A stretch of DNA of 64,000 nucleotides from positions 15,120 through 79,119 of the forward strand of contig JBKOYM010000060.1 of assembly GCA_046725375.1 (NCBI GenBank). The letters run 5' to 3'. Below the pieces are notes generated by a model, which was given only the letters and a program-made list of their open reading frames with translations, was not told the origin of the DNA and searched no databases. This DNA comes from Actinomycetota bacterium (GTDB lineage: Bacteria; Actinomycetota; Actinomycetes; Propionibacteriales; Nocardioidaceae). Positions within the stretch are counted from its first letter, which is position 1. Each line of letters starts with the position of its first letter. Made by a program: the position numbers and the translations under genes. Below, piece after piece: positions 48,500-58,427 of this stretch.

Positions 48500-50329
48500 A
48501 TGAAGAAAGCGGTCGCAGGAGTCGCCGCTGGCATGGTCGGCTTGGCGATCTCAGCCGTAGGCATCGCGGCACCGCACTCCGCCTCGGCGGATGAGCCCGT
48601 CACCTTCACGGTTGGGCTCGGCAACGAGGTCGACTCGTTCAGCCCGTTCCTCGGCATCGAGGCCGAGTCGTTCGAGATGTGGGCGTTGATGTACGACTCG
48701 CTGATTACGTACTCGCAAAAGGACATGTCGCCGCAGCCGGGACTGGCCAGCGACTGGGAGACGTCGTCGGACGGATTGACCTGGACGTTCACGATCCGCG
48801 ACGACGTGAAATGGTCCGACGGCGAGAAGCTCACCGCGGACGACGTGGCGTTCACGCTGAACCGGATCTTGGACGGCGGCCCGGAGTCATCGACGTGGGG
48901 CAGCTATCTGGGGTCGGTCGAGAAGATCACCGCGCCAGACCCGACGACGGTCGTGCTGGAGTTGTCACAGCCCAATGCCGTGCTCCCGTTGCTGCCGATG
49001 CCGATCCTGCCGGAGCACATCTGGTCGGACATCAGCGAGGAGGAGGTCAAGAGCTACGACAACGAGGACGACGTCGTCGGCAGCGGACCGTTCCGACTCG
49101 TCGAAGGCACCGCGGGCGGGCCGACCTACCGGTTCGAGGTCAATCCGGACTACTGGGGCACCCAGCCGAACATCGACGAGATCGTCTACACCGTCTACAA
49201 GGCTGAGGATCCGATGGTGCAGGCGCTGAAGACCGGCGAGATCGACTTCGCCGAGGGCATCTCCCCGCTGCAGATGCAGGCGCTCGAAGGTGAGGACGGC
49301 ATCAAGACCGTCGAGGGGGACTCGCCGAGCTTCGACGAGATCGCCTTCAACACCGGGTCGGTGGACCTCGAGACCGGCGACCTGATCGGCGATCCCAACC
49401 CGGCGGTGATGGATCCGGCGTTCCGCTATGCGCTCGGGTTCGCGATCGACCGTGAACTACTCATCGAGCGGGTGTACCAAGGCACCGGCGATCCGGGCGA
49501 CACGATCATCCCGCCCGCCTATGACAGCTACCACTACGACGCGCCCGAGGACCTGGCCTGGAGTTACGACCCGGACCGGGCTGCCGAGCTGCTCGACGAG
49601 GCGGGCTACACCATGGGCGACGACGGTCAGCGCACGATGCCGGACGGTTCGCCGATCGAGCCCCTGCGGTTGCTTGCCCGCACTGATTCGGACTACGACG
49701 CTTCGTTGAACACGATGAAATACTTCAAGGAGTGGCTGGCTGACCTCGGCATCGAGAGTGAGGTCACCGCTATGGAGAGCGGCAAGCTCACCAACGTCAT
49801 CCTGGACGGGGAGTTCGACGCCTTCCAGTGGGGCTGGTACGTCGAGCCGGATCCGAACTCGATGCTCAGCTACATGACGTGTGGCCAGCGCGGCAGCTGG
49901 TCGGACTCGTGGTACTGCAACAAGGAGTACGACCGGCTCTACCAGGCGCAGCAGCGCGAGACCGACGAGGCGGAGCGGGCCCAGATGGTCCAGCAGATGC
50001 AGGAGATCCTGTACCGCGACGCGCCGTACCTGGTCACTGCGTACAGCGGCATCAACGAGGCGTACCGGTGCGATCGCTTCGAGGGATTCGTGCCACAACC
50101 CGACCCGGGCGGCGTCCTGATCATCCAGTACGGCGTGCGCAGCTACCTCGAGATGTATCCGACAACCGAGTGCGGCCAGAGCGAGTCGGCGGACGAGACC
50201 ACCTCGTCTGATGATGGCGGCCTCGACGTCGGCGCCCTCGTCGGCGGCGGTGTCGCGGTCCTCGTCGCGGGGGCGAGCGTGGCGGGGGTCGTGCTGTACC
50301 GCCGGTCCACCGCGGACAAGCGGGCATGA
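48500..50329 (+). CDS. ABC transporter substrate-binding protein (family 5, peptide/nickel) with Sec signal peptide and C-terminal TM anchor
   Basis: Signal peptide MKKAVAGVAAGMVGLAISAVGIAAPHSASA. The SBP_bac_5 body includes WSDGEKLTADDVAFT. The C-terminal helix LDVGALVGGGVAVLVAGASVAGVVLY is followed by RRSTADKRA. The stop overlaps the next start. Confidence 0.85.
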   Translation: MKKAVAGVAAGMVGLAISAVGIAAPHSASADEPVTFTVGLGNEVDSFSPFLGIEAESFEMWALMYDSLITYSQKDMSPQPGLASDWETSSDGLTWTFTIRDDVKWSDGEKLTADDVAFTLNRILDGGPESSTWGSYLGSVEKITAPDPTTVVLELSQPNAVLPLLPMPILPEHIWSDISEEEVKSYDNEDDVVGSGPFRLVEGTAGGPTYRFEVNPDYWGTQPNIDEIVYTVYKAEDPMVQALKTGEIDFAEGISPLQMQALEGEDGIKTVEGDSPSFDEIAFNTGSVDLETGDLIGDPNPAVMDPAFRYALGFAIDRELLIERVYQGTGDPGDTIIPPAYDSYHYDAPEDLAWSYDPDRAAELLDEAGYTMGDDGQRTMPDGSPIEPLRLLARTDSDYDASLNTMKYFKEWLADLGIESEVTAMESGKLTNVILDGEFDAFQWGWYVEPDPNSMLSYMTCGQRGSWSDSWYCNKEYDRLYQAQQRETDEAERAQMVQQMQEILYRDAPYLVTAYSGINEAYRCDRFEGFVPQPDPGGVLIIQYGVRSYLEMYPTTECGQSESADETTSSDDGGLDVGALVGGGVAVLVAGASVAGVVLYRRSTADKRA

Positions 50330-51375
50330 CAGCCCAGACGAGCATCCTGGTCGCCGAGGCCGAGATTGAGCCGAGTCGTCCGAGGAAACGGGGGACCGGG
50401 CAGTGGCGCTACATCGGCTCAAAGCTGCTCGGTTCGATCGGAGCCTTGTTGTTCGTTGTCGTTTTCAACTTCTTTCTGTTCCGAGTGATCCCGGCTGACC
50501 CGGTTCGTACGCTGGCCCGCAACCGCCTGGTAAGCGACGAGCAGGTGGCGGAGCTCACCCGTACGCTCGGCCTGGAGGAGTCGCTGCCACAGCAGTTCCT
50601 GACCTACCTGCAAAACACCTTCACCGGCGAGTTCGGCCTGTCGTTTCGCTATCGCCAGCCGGTCTTCGAGATCGTGCTCGACCGGCTCTGGCCGACGCTG
50701 CTGCTCGTCGGGACGTCGGTGATCCTCGCGACCGTTATCGGCGTCTATATCGGCATGGTGTCGGCATGGAACCACGGGAAGCCGGTGGACCACATGTCGA
50801 CTGGTGTGTCGCTGACGCTGTGGTCGATGCCGGAGTGGTGGCTTGGTCTCGTCTTTCTGGCGGTGTTCGCAGTCGGCGCCGGCCCGATCCCGAACATGTT
50901 TCCGACTGGCGGACTGCATTCGACCGATGTGGACCCATCCTCCATCGCCGGGGTGTTCGACACCGCATGGCACCTGACCCTGCCGGTCATCACACTGACT
51001 CTCGCCTATCTCGCCGAGTACTCCCTCATCATGCGCAGTTCTCTGCTCGACGAGATGGGCGAGGACTACATCACGACGGCCCGGGCCAAGGGGCTGCGGG
51101 ATGTGTATGTCCGTCGGCGGCACGCGGCGCGCAACGCGCTGCTGCCGACGACGACGCTCGTCGTGCTCAACCTCGGCTTCGTCGTGGGGGGAGCGATCAC
51201 GGTCGAGACCGTGTACTCGATCCCCGGACTCGGGCTGCTAACAACCGAGGCGCTGGACGTGCCGGATTATCCGGTGCTGCAAGGGGCGTTCTTGTTCTTC
51301 TCGGCGGCGGTGATCCTGGCCAACCTGGTGGCCAACCTGCTGTACAGCTGGCTCGATCCGCGGGTCCGGGCGTGA
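50326..51375 (+). CDS. ABC transporter permease (DppB/OppB-like)
   Basis: 349 aa with the EAA-loop region ITTARAKGLRDVYVRRRHAARNALLP. Confidence 0.9.
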   Translation: MTAQTSILVAEAEIEPSRPRKRGTGQWRYIGSKLLGSIGALLFVVVFNFFLFRVIPADPVRTLARNRLVSDEQVAELTRTLGLEESLPQQFLTYLQNTFTGEFGLSFRYRQPVFEIVLDRLWPTLLLVGTSVILATVIGVYIGMVSAWNHGKPVDHMSTGVSLTLWSMPEWWLGLVFLAVFAVGAGPIPNMFPTGGLHSTDVDPSSIAGVFDTAWHLTLPVITLTLAYLAEYSLIMRSSLLDEMGEDYITTARAKGLRDVYVRRRHAARNALLPTTTLVVLNLGFVVGGAITVETVYSIPGLGLLTTEALDVPDYPVLQGAFLFFSAAVILANLVANLLYSWLDPRVRA

Positions 51376-51388
51376 CGGGCGGGACGCC

Positions 51389-52294
51389 ATGAGCACCTCC
51401 ACCCTGACGTCACGACAGGTCACCTGGCAGCGGCGGCGGCGGTCCGCGGCGCGCACCTGGTTACAGTTCCGCCGCCATCGGTCGGGTCTGCTGGGCCTCG
51501 GGATCCTCGTATTCTTCGGGCTGATGGCCCTATGCGCACCGCTTCTGGCGGACGAGTCCGGCCTGGAGGTCACCCAGGCGACTGGCGGCCTCCTCGAAGG
51601 GCCGTCGTGGGACTACCCGCTCGGCACCGACACCAACGGTCGATCGGTGCTGACCATGCTCATCTGGGGGTCGCGTGTGTCGCTAACGGTCGGGCTGCTG
51701 GCGACTGCGATCTCGATGCTGCTCGGCACGCTGATCGGCCTGGCGTCCGGTCACTACCGCAACTTCTTCGGGTCGGCGCTGTTCCGGATCACCGAGTGGT
51801 TCCTCGTTGTGCCCTTCCTGCCGCTCGCGATCGTCTTGTCCACCCTGCTCGGTCCGTCCCTGCTGAACATCACGTTCGTCATCGGCATCACCAGTTGGCC
51901 CGGCACGGCGCTGCTGATCCGGGCCCAGACCCTCTCGATCGAGGCTCGGCCGTACCTCGAACGCGCTCGGGCCCTCGGAGCGGGGGACTGGCGGCAGATG
52001 ACTCGGCACGTCCTGCCGAACGTGATGCCGATGGTCTTCGCGAATACGACCCTGACGGTGGCGATCGCGATCCTCAGCGAGACCACACTGGCGTTCCTCG
52101 GTCTGGGTGATCCGCTTCAGGAGTCCTGGGGATCGATGCTCGACCAGGCGTTCAGCGCCGGGGCAATCACGACCGGGGCTTGGTGGTTCTTCCTGCCACC
52201 CGGCATCTGCGTCATCCTTGTGGTGCTGGGGTTCACCCTGATCGGTCAGGCACTCGAAGAGGTCTACAACCCGCGGCTCCGGGAGCGCGCATGA
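51389..52294 (+). CDS. ABC transporter permease (DppC/OppC-like)
   Basis: 301 aa with the EAA loop YLERARALGAGDWRQMTRHVLPN. Confidence 0.9.
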   Translation: MSTSTLTSRQVTWQRRRRSAARTWLQFRRHRSGLLGLGILVFFGLMALCAPLLADESGLEVTQATGGLLEGPSWDYPLGTDTNGRSVLTMLIWGSRVSLTVGLLATAISMLLGTLIGLASGHYRNFFGSALFRITEWFLVVPFLPLAIVLSTLLGPSLLNITFVIGITSWPGTALLIRAQTLSIEARPYLERARALGAGDWRQMTRHVLPNVMPMVFANTTLTVAIAILSETTLAFLGLGDPLQESWGSMLDQAFSAGAITTGAWWFFLPPGICVILVVLGFTLIGQALEEVYNPRLRERA

Positions 52295-53268
52295 ATGAGC
52301 TGTTGGAGATCGAAAACCTCGAGGTCGTCTACCGTACGGCCAGCGGCGAGATCCCTGCGGTACGCGGAGTCGACCTAAAGGTTCTCGCGGGCGAGAGCGT
52401 CGGCCTCGCAGGCGAGTCCGGCTGCGGCAAGACAAGTGTGGCGAGCACGATCCTTCGACTGCAGCCGGCCAACGCGACGATCCGGGGGAGCGTTCGCGTG
52501 GGTGGCAAGGAAGTGCAGACGCTCGGCTGGCGCGACCTCCGGGCACTTCGGTGGGGCGAGGCCGCGATGGTCTTCCAGGGCTCTCTGCACTCACTCAACC
52601 CCGTCCAGCGCGTGGGCGACCAGATCGCCGAGCCGATCCTGCTGCACGACCCGTCCGCCCGGGGCACGGTCAAGGGCCGGGTCGGCGAGTTGCTGGAGCA
52701 GGTCGGCCTACCGGCCGCGCGCGCCCGCGCCTATCCCCATCAGATGTCGGGCGGTCAAAAACAGCGGGTGATGATCGCGATGGCGCTGGCCTGTCGACCC
52801 CAGCTCATCGTCGCCGACGAGCCGACGACGGCACTCGACGTCATGGTGCAGGCGCAGGTGCTGGATGTGTTGACCGGCCTCGTGGGCGAGCTCAGCCTCG
52901 GCCTGCTGATGATCAGCCACGATCTCTCGGTGCTCGGCTCGACCTGTACGCGGGTGGCGGTCATGTACGCCGGGCGGATCGTCGAGGAAGGTCCGGCCAG
53001 CGACGTGTTCGAGCACCCGCTGCATCCGTACGCCAAGGCCTTGTCGGACGCGTTTCCCCGGGTCGGCGACCGCTCCGCTCGCTACGCGCCATCCGGGCTT
53101 CCGGGCGACCCGCCGGATCCGCAGATGCTGCCGTCCGGCTGCACGTTTCACCCGCGCTGCCCGGTGGCTCGCGAGGACTGCTCTGAGCACGATCCGCCGG
53201 TTCGGCTGGCTGGACCGGGCCGCCCGGTCGCCTGTGTTCTCGTGAGAGAGGGGGCGCTGCGGCCATGA
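52291..53268 (+). CDS. ABC transporter ATP-binding protein (DppD/OppD-like)
   Basis: The ATG at 52291 overlaps the permease stop. Motifs GESGCGKTS, MSGGQKQRV and VADEPTTALD, with a C-terminal oligopeptide-type Cys motif (CTFHPRCP). Confidence 0.9.
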   Translation: MNELLEIENLEVVYRTASGEIPAVRGVDLKVLAGESVGLAGESGCGKTSVASTILRLQPANATIRGSVRVGGKEVQTLGWRDLRALRWGEAAMVFQGSLHSLNPVQRVGDQIAEPILLHDPSARGTVKGRVGELLEQVGLPAARARAYPHQMSGGQKQRVMIAMALACRPQLIVADEPTTALDVMVQAQVLDVLTGLVGELSLGLLMISHDLSVLGSTCTRVAVMYAGRIVEEGPASDVFEHPLHPYAKALSDAFPRVGDRSARYAPSGLPGDPPDPQMLPSGCTFHPRCPVAREDCSEHDPPVRLAGPGRPVACVLVREGALRP

Positions 53269-54257
53269 GCGACCCACTGCTGCGCATCCGCGACCTCGCC
53301 GTCGGGTTCAATCTGCGCGGCGGCGCCGTCGCACGGGCGGTAGACAGCGTCGACCTCGACATCGGGGCGCGGGAGATCGTCGCGCTCGTCGGCGAATCCG
53401 GCTCCGGCAAGACGACCTTGGCACGTACGATGCTCGGACTCGAGCGGCCGAGCGCGGGCACCATCGAGTTCGACGGCAGACCGCTGCCCACCACGGTCCG
53501 TCGGCTCCGCGCGTACCGGCGTCGGGTGCAACTGGTCCTGCAGGATCCGACCGGATCGCTCAATCCGCGACAGACCGTGTACGAGTCGGTCGCCGAGGGG
53601 ATCCGGATCCACCGGATGGTGGCAGTGGCCGACGGTTCGAACGAGATCGACCTCGTCGCTCGCGCGCTCACCCGATCGGGGCTGCGTCCGCCCGAAAGCT
53701 TCTTCCTGCGCTATCCGCACGAGCTGTCCGGCGGGCAGCGCCAGCGCGTCGTGATAGCCGGTGCGTTGGCCCTCGAGCCGGAGGTGCTGATCGCCGACGA
53801 GCCGGTGTCGAGCCTCGATGCGTCTGTCCGCGGCGAGATCCTGGCGCTGCTGCTGCGGCTGCGAGACGAGCTCGGCCTCACGGTGCTCGTCGTCACACAC
53901 GACCTCGGACTCGCGTGGAACATCGCCGACCGGATCGCCGTGATGTACCTCGGTCGCCTCGTCGAGTACGGCCCGGCCGAGCATGTGCTATCCGATCCGC
54001 AACACCCGTACACGCAGGCGCTGCTGTCGGTCGTCCCCGAGATGGAGGAGATCGAGCCCATCGTGCTCACCGGCGAGACGCCCGACCCCACGCGCATCCC
54101 CAGTGGCTGCCGCTTCCATCCGCGCTGTCCGGCGCTGTCCGACGGGCGGGCCGAGGCCGCCGGCATCGCCGACGTCTGCAGTAGCAAGCCGATGCCGGTG
54201 CTCGACACAACCCGAGATCAGGCCGCCGCCTGCTGGCTGTCGAAGCCCTCCGGATAG
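53265..54257 (+). CDS. ABC transporter ATP-binding protein (DppF/OppF-like)
   Basis: Motifs GESGSGKTT, LSGGQRQRV, IADEPVSSLD and CRFHPRCP. Confidence 0.9.
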   Translation: MSDPLLRIRDLAVGFNLRGGAVARAVDSVDLDIGAREIVALVGESGSGKTTLARTMLGLERPSAGTIEFDGRPLPTTVRRLRAYRRRVQLVLQDPTGSLNPRQTVYESVAEGIRIHRMVAVADGSNEIDLVARALTRSGLRPPESFFLRYPHELSGGQRQRVVIAGALALEPEVLIADEPVSSLDASVRGEILALLLRLRDELGLTVLVVTHDLGLAWNIADRIAVMYLGRLVEYGPAEHVLSDPQHPYTQALLSVVPEMEEIEPIVLTGETPDPTRIPSGCRFHPRCPALSDGRAEAAGIADVCSSKPMPVLDTTRDQAAACWLSKPSG

Positions 54258-54360
54258 GAACCCGTATCGGCCGGGCTTCCGTTCGCGCCAGCCTCCATGG
54301 CAGGCTTGGCTACTGACTCGCGAGTCAATAACCTGGCGGATCGGGAGAGCGGAGGCAGCG

Positions 54361-55506
54361 ATGACGACCGGACGGCCGGCCGGCGCCGGAGCGGCTCCCA
54401 ACGCGCTCCAGGCGGCGTTGCCGAAGCACTGGTACGTGGACGACGCGCACTGGCGGCGGGAGCGCGAGGCGGTGCTGTACGGCTCCTGGCTCTGCGTCGG
54501 GCGGATCGATGAGCTGGGCCTGGCCGAGCCCGGTCGGCTCGCCGTCGTTGACGTGGCGGGCGAGTCGATCCTGCTGACCAGCGACGCCGACCGGATGCTG
54601 CACGCGGCGTACAACGTCTGTCGGCACCGTGGCTCCCAGATCGTGCCAGTGGTCGACGGCCAGCCCGAATGTCGACCGGCGCAGGCGCTGCGCTGCCCGT
54701 ACCACTCGTGGACGTACGACCTGTCGGGCCGGCTGCTGCGCGCACCGCACACCGAGGGCGTCGACGACTTCGACCCCGATGCGTTCGCGCTGTCGCCGGT
54801 GGCCGTGGCCGACTGGCGTGGTTTCTGCTTCGTCCACCTCACCCCGGCGGAGGCGTCGGATCTGGCGACCGATCTCGCTGACTTCGCCGCCAGACTGGCG
54901 CGCTATCCGCTGGAGTCGCTCGTCGTGGGCCGGCGGTTCGACTACGAGGTCGCGGCGAACTACAAGGTGCTCTTGGAGAACTTCAACGAGTGCTATCACT
55001 GCGGCCCCGTGCATCCGGAGCTGACGCGCCTCGTCCCGGCGTTCGGCAGCGGTGGCGCCAGTCTCGACTGGGACGCCGGCGTGCCGCATCGGGAGGACGC
55101 GTGGACGTTCACGATGACCGGCACGACCACGCGGACGCCGTTTCCGGACCTCGACGACAACGAGCGCAGCCGGCACAAGGGCGAGCTGATCTATCCCAAC
55201 CTGCTGCTGTCGTGCTCGGCCGATCACGTGGCGGCGCTGACTCTGTGGCCGACGGCGGTCGACCGCACCCGCGTGACCTGCGAGCTGCTCTTCGCGCCCG
55301 ACGACGTGGCCCGCGCCGATTTCGATCCCGATGACGCGGGCGAGCTGTGGGACCTGGTCAACCGGCAGGACTGGGCCGTCTGCGAGTCGGTGCAGCGCGG
55401 CATGAGCTCGCGGGCCTATCGGCAGGGCTGGTTCGCGCCGATGGAGGACTGGAGCGCCGACATCCGACGGTGGCTCGTGCCGCGTGTGGAGGCGATCGAT
55501 GACTGA
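54361..55506 (+). CDS. Rieske (2Fe-2S) non-haem iron oxygenase alpha subunit (GbcA/CMO-like)
   Basis: Internal ATG at 54361. The Rieske motif is CRHRGSQIV..CPYHSWTY. The mononuclear iron motif is ENFNECYHCGPVHPE. Confidence 0.85.
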   Translation: MTTGRPAGAGAAPNALQAALPKHWYVDDAHWRREREAVLYGSWLCVGRIDELGLAEPGRLAVVDVAGESILLTSDADRMLHAAYNVCRHRGSQIVPVVDGQPECRPAQALRCPYHSWTYDLSGRLLRAPHTEGVDDFDPDAFALSPVAVADWRGFCFVHLTPAEASDLATDLADFAARLARYPLESLVVGRRFDYEVAANYKVLLENFNECYHCGPVHPELTRLVPAFGSGGASLDWDAGVPHREDAWTFTMTGTTTRTPFPDLDDNERSRHKGELIYPNLLLSCSADHVAALTLWPTAVDRTRVTCELLFAPDDVARADFDPDDAGELWDLVNRQDWAVCESVQRGMSSRAYRQGWFAPMEDWSADIRRWLVPRVEAIDD

Positions 55507-56662
55507 GCAGGTCGAGTACGTCGTCGTCGGCCTCGGTGCCTTGGGGAGCGCCACCACGTACGCGCTGGCCCGCGGCGGGCATCGGGTCGTCGGCCTGGAG
55601 CGGTTCGCCCTCGGCCACGAGCGAGGTGCCTCGCACGACGCGTCGCGGATCCTGCGGCACAGTTACCACCGGTCCGACTACGTGCGCCTGACGCTCGACG
55701 CGTACGCCGACTGGGCCGATCTCGAGGACGTCAGCGGCGAGCGGCTCGTCACGACGACCGGCGGGCTCGACCTGTTTCCGCCCGGAGCCGCGATCTCGAT
55801 GGTCGACTACACGACGGCGATGAGCGACTGCGACATCGAGTACACGGAACTCGACCGGCGCGACGTGGTCCGGCGCTGGCCGCTGTTGGCGCCGCCCGAC
55901 GGTACGGTCGCGCTCTACCAGCCGGATGCGGGGATCGTGCCGGCCGCACGAACCGTGGCGCTGCTACACGGGTTGGCCCGAGCGCACGGCGCCCGGCTGC
56001 GTGACGAGTCGCCGGTGCTCGCCGTGCACGATCTCGGCGGCCGTGGCATCGAGGTGGAGACGGCGAGCGAGACGCTTCGATGCCGGCGCCTGATCGTGTG
56101 CGCCGACGCGTGGACCAATGACGTGTTGGCCGGCCTCGAGTACGAGATCCCGCTGACCGTGACGCTGGAGCAGGTGACGTACCTCGGTGTCGATGATCGG
56201 GCCCGCTTCGCGCCGGGGGAGCTGCCGTTGTGGATCTGGATGGACGACCCCTGCTACTACGGCTTCCCGTGCTACGGCGAGCCGACCGTCAAGCTTGCCG
56301 AGGACTGCGGTGGCGCGGTCGTCACCGGCGACTCGCGGGGTTTCGAGCCGGACCCGGACCGCGTCGAGCGGCTGACCCGGTTCGCCCACGAGCTGCTGCC
56401 TGGCACGGCTGCGCCGGTCCGCTCGAAGACCTGTCTCTACACGCTGACGCCGGACCGAGACTTCGTGCTCGACGCCGTGCCGGGACACGATGCGGTCCTG
56501 GTCGGCCTCGGAGCGGCACACGGCTTCAAGTTCACGCCGACCTTCGGCCGGTTGCTCGCGGAGCTGGCGGTGACCGGCGAGTGCAGTTCCGACGTCTCCG
56601 GTTTCCGGTTGGACCGCCCGGCGCTGACCGAGGCCGGCCACCCGGCGAACTGGTTGGTGTGA
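55499..56662 (+). CDS. FAD-dependent amine oxidase (SolA / monomeric sarcosine oxidase-like)
   Basis: The ATG at 55499 overlaps the Rieske gene end. YVVVGLGALGSATTYALARGGHRVVGLE is a GxGxxG motif, and the SRILRHSY motif is typical of N-methyltryptophan/sarcosine oxidases. Confidence 0.82.
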   Translation: MTEQVEYVVVGLGALGSATTYALARGGHRVVGLERFALGHERGASHDASRILRHSYHRSDYVRLTLDAYADWADLEDVSGERLVTTTGGLDLFPPGAAISMVDYTTAMSDCDIEYTELDRRDVVRRWPLLAPPDGTVALYQPDAGIVPAARTVALLHGLARAHGARLRDESPVLAVHDLGGRGIEVETASETLRCRRLIVCADAWTNDVLAGLEYEIPLTVTLEQVTYLGVDDRARFAPGELPLWIWMDDPCYYGFPCYGEPTVKLAEDCGGAVVTGDSRGFEPDPDRVERLTRFAHELLPGTAAPVRSKTCLYTLTPDRDFVLDAVPGHDAVLVGLGAAHGFKFTPTFGRLLAELAVTGECSSDVSGFRLDRPALTEAGHPANWLV

Positions 56663-56682
56663 GAGGTGATCTCGTGACGTTG

Positions 56683-57282
56683 TCAGCTCAGCAGCTCGGG
56701 ATCGATCCCGAGCTCGTCCGCGACCGTGCCGCGGATCCACCGGCGCAGCTGCGCTCGGCTCACCGTGCGATAGACGACCACGGCGACCGACAGCCCGTCG
56801 AGCATGGCGCCGATGCGAGTGGCGGTGGCACCGGGGTCGGCGCAGGCGAAGTCGCCGCTCTCGACACCGTCGTGGATCGCGTGGCAGAGCGCCGCCTGCC
56901 AGCGGTCGTCGAGCGTGTGCAGCATGTTGGCGATCGGTGGATGGCGGAGGGCGACCGACCAGGCGTCGATCCAGAGCGTCCAGCCCGGCGCCGACCCGGT
57001 CGGTCCGTAGGCGGCGACGACCCGACGCAGGCGCTCCATCGGCGTACGCCCACGCGCCAGTGCGCGATCCAACCGCGCGAGGTCACGGTCGACCGCGTAC
57101 TCCAACGCCGCCGCGAGCAAGTTGTCCTTGCTGTCGAAGTGATAGAAGAGCAACCCCGTACTCACGCCGAGCGCCTGTGCGACGTCTTGGGCGCGGGTGT
57201 TGGCCATGCCCAGGCGCTGCATCTCGTCGACCGTGGCGGCGAGGATCTCTTCGCGGCGCACTTCCACCTTTCGGCGTCCCAT
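56683..57282 (-). CDS. TetR family transcriptional regulator
   Basis: Internal ATG at 57282 (MGRRKVEVRREEIL..). The HTH is TRAQDVAQALGVSTGLLFYHFDSKDNL. Confidence 0.85.
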   Translation of the reverse strand: MGRRKVEVRREEILAATVDEMQRLGMANTRAQDVAQALGVSTGLLFYHFDSKDNLLAAALEYAVDRDLARLDRALARGRTPMERLRRVVAAYGPTGSAPGWTLWIDAWSVALRHPPIANMLHTLDDRWQAALCHAIHDGVESGDFACADPGATATRIGAMLDGLSVAVVVYRTVSRAQLRRWIRGTVADELGIDPELLS

Positions 57283-57311
57283 GGCGCCAGACCCTACCTG
57301 CGGAGGTCGAC

Positions 57312-58427
57312 ATGACGGTTCTGGACGCGATATTGCAGGCGGCCAAGTCGCACGACGGCTCGCGGATGCTGCCGAGCGACGCGTACACCTCGCAGGATGT
57401 GTGGGAGTGGGAACGTCGGCACGTTTTCGCCGGCAGCTGGTGGTGTCTTGGCCGTGTCGACGAGGTCTGCACGGGAGCTGTGGGCCAGCAGGCCGTCGCG
57501 GTAGGCGACATCGGCGTGCTGCTGACGTGGTCCGAGCATGGGGTGCGCGCATTCTCCAACACGTGCCGCCATCGCGGGCACGAGCTGCTCGCGAACGGCC
57601 AGTCGACTACGCGGAAGTCGATCGTGTGCCCCTACCACGCGTGGTCGTACTCGCTCGACGGCGCCCTGCTGGCGGCGCCGGACTTCCGCGCGGTGGAGGA
57701 TTTCGAGCCGAGTCAGCACGGACTCGTCGAGCTGCCGATCGAGACCTGGCACGGCTGGCTGTTCTGCCATCCGTCGACGCCGGCCGGTGGCGATGTGCCG
57801 CCGTTCGACGCGCATCTCGGCGAGGTCGAGCAGATCCTCGGGCCGTATGCGCCGGAGAACCTGGTCCGACGGGCCCGCCACACGTACGAGATCGCGGCCA
57901 ACTGGAAGGTCGTCTGCGAGAACTACCACGAGTGCTACCACTGTCCACTGATCCATCCCGAGCTGTGCCAGGTGTCGCCGCCTACTTCCGGTGAAAACTA
58001 CGACCTGCCGGGGCAATGGGTCGGCGGCTCCATGGACCTGCGCGACGGCATGGCGACGATGTCGATGACTGGAGAGGCGGCCGGCACGCCGATCCCTGGC
58101 GTCAACCCGCGGACCGTCGAGTACATCCAGATCTGGCCGAATCTGTTGGTGTCGGCACATCCCGACTTCGTCATGACGCACCGACTGGTGTCGCTGGCGC
58201 CGGATCGTACGTGGATCGAGTGCTCCTGGTACTTCGTCGACGCCGACGGCGACGAGGCGGCGGGCGCCATCGACTTCTGGGACCTCACCAACCGCCAGGA
58301 CTGGTCCGCGTGCGAGTCGGTGCAGCGCGGGCTCACGTCGCCGCACTTCCGGCCCGGTCCGTTCGCTCCGAGTGAGGACGCGGTGCAACAGTTCGTCGCG
58401 ATGGTGGCGTCGGCGTACTCCCGCTAG
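57312..58427 (+). CDS. Rieske (2Fe-2S) non-haem iron oxygenase alpha subunit, paralog 2
   Basis: ATG at 57312 preceded by ggagg. Motifs CRHRGHELL..CPYHAWSY and ENYHECYHCPLIHPE. Confidence 0.85.
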   Translation: MTVLDAILQAAKSHDGSRMLPSDAYTSQDVWEWERRHVFAGSWWCLGRVDEVCTGAVGQQAVAVGDIGVLLTWSEHGVRAFSNTCRHRGHELLANGQSTTRKSIVCPYHAWSYSLDGALLAAPDFRAVEDFEPSQHGLVELPIETWHGWLFCHPSTPAGGDVPPFDAHLGEVEQILGPYAPENLVRRARHTYEIAANWKVVCENYHECYHCPLIHPELCQVSPPTSGENYDLPGQWVGGSMDLRDGMATMSMTGEAAGTPIPGVNPRTVEYIQIWPNLLVSAHPDFVMTHRLVSLAPDRTWIECSWYFVDADGDEAAGAIDFWDLTNRQDWSACESVQRGLTSPHFRPGPFAPSEDAVQQFVAMVASAYSR

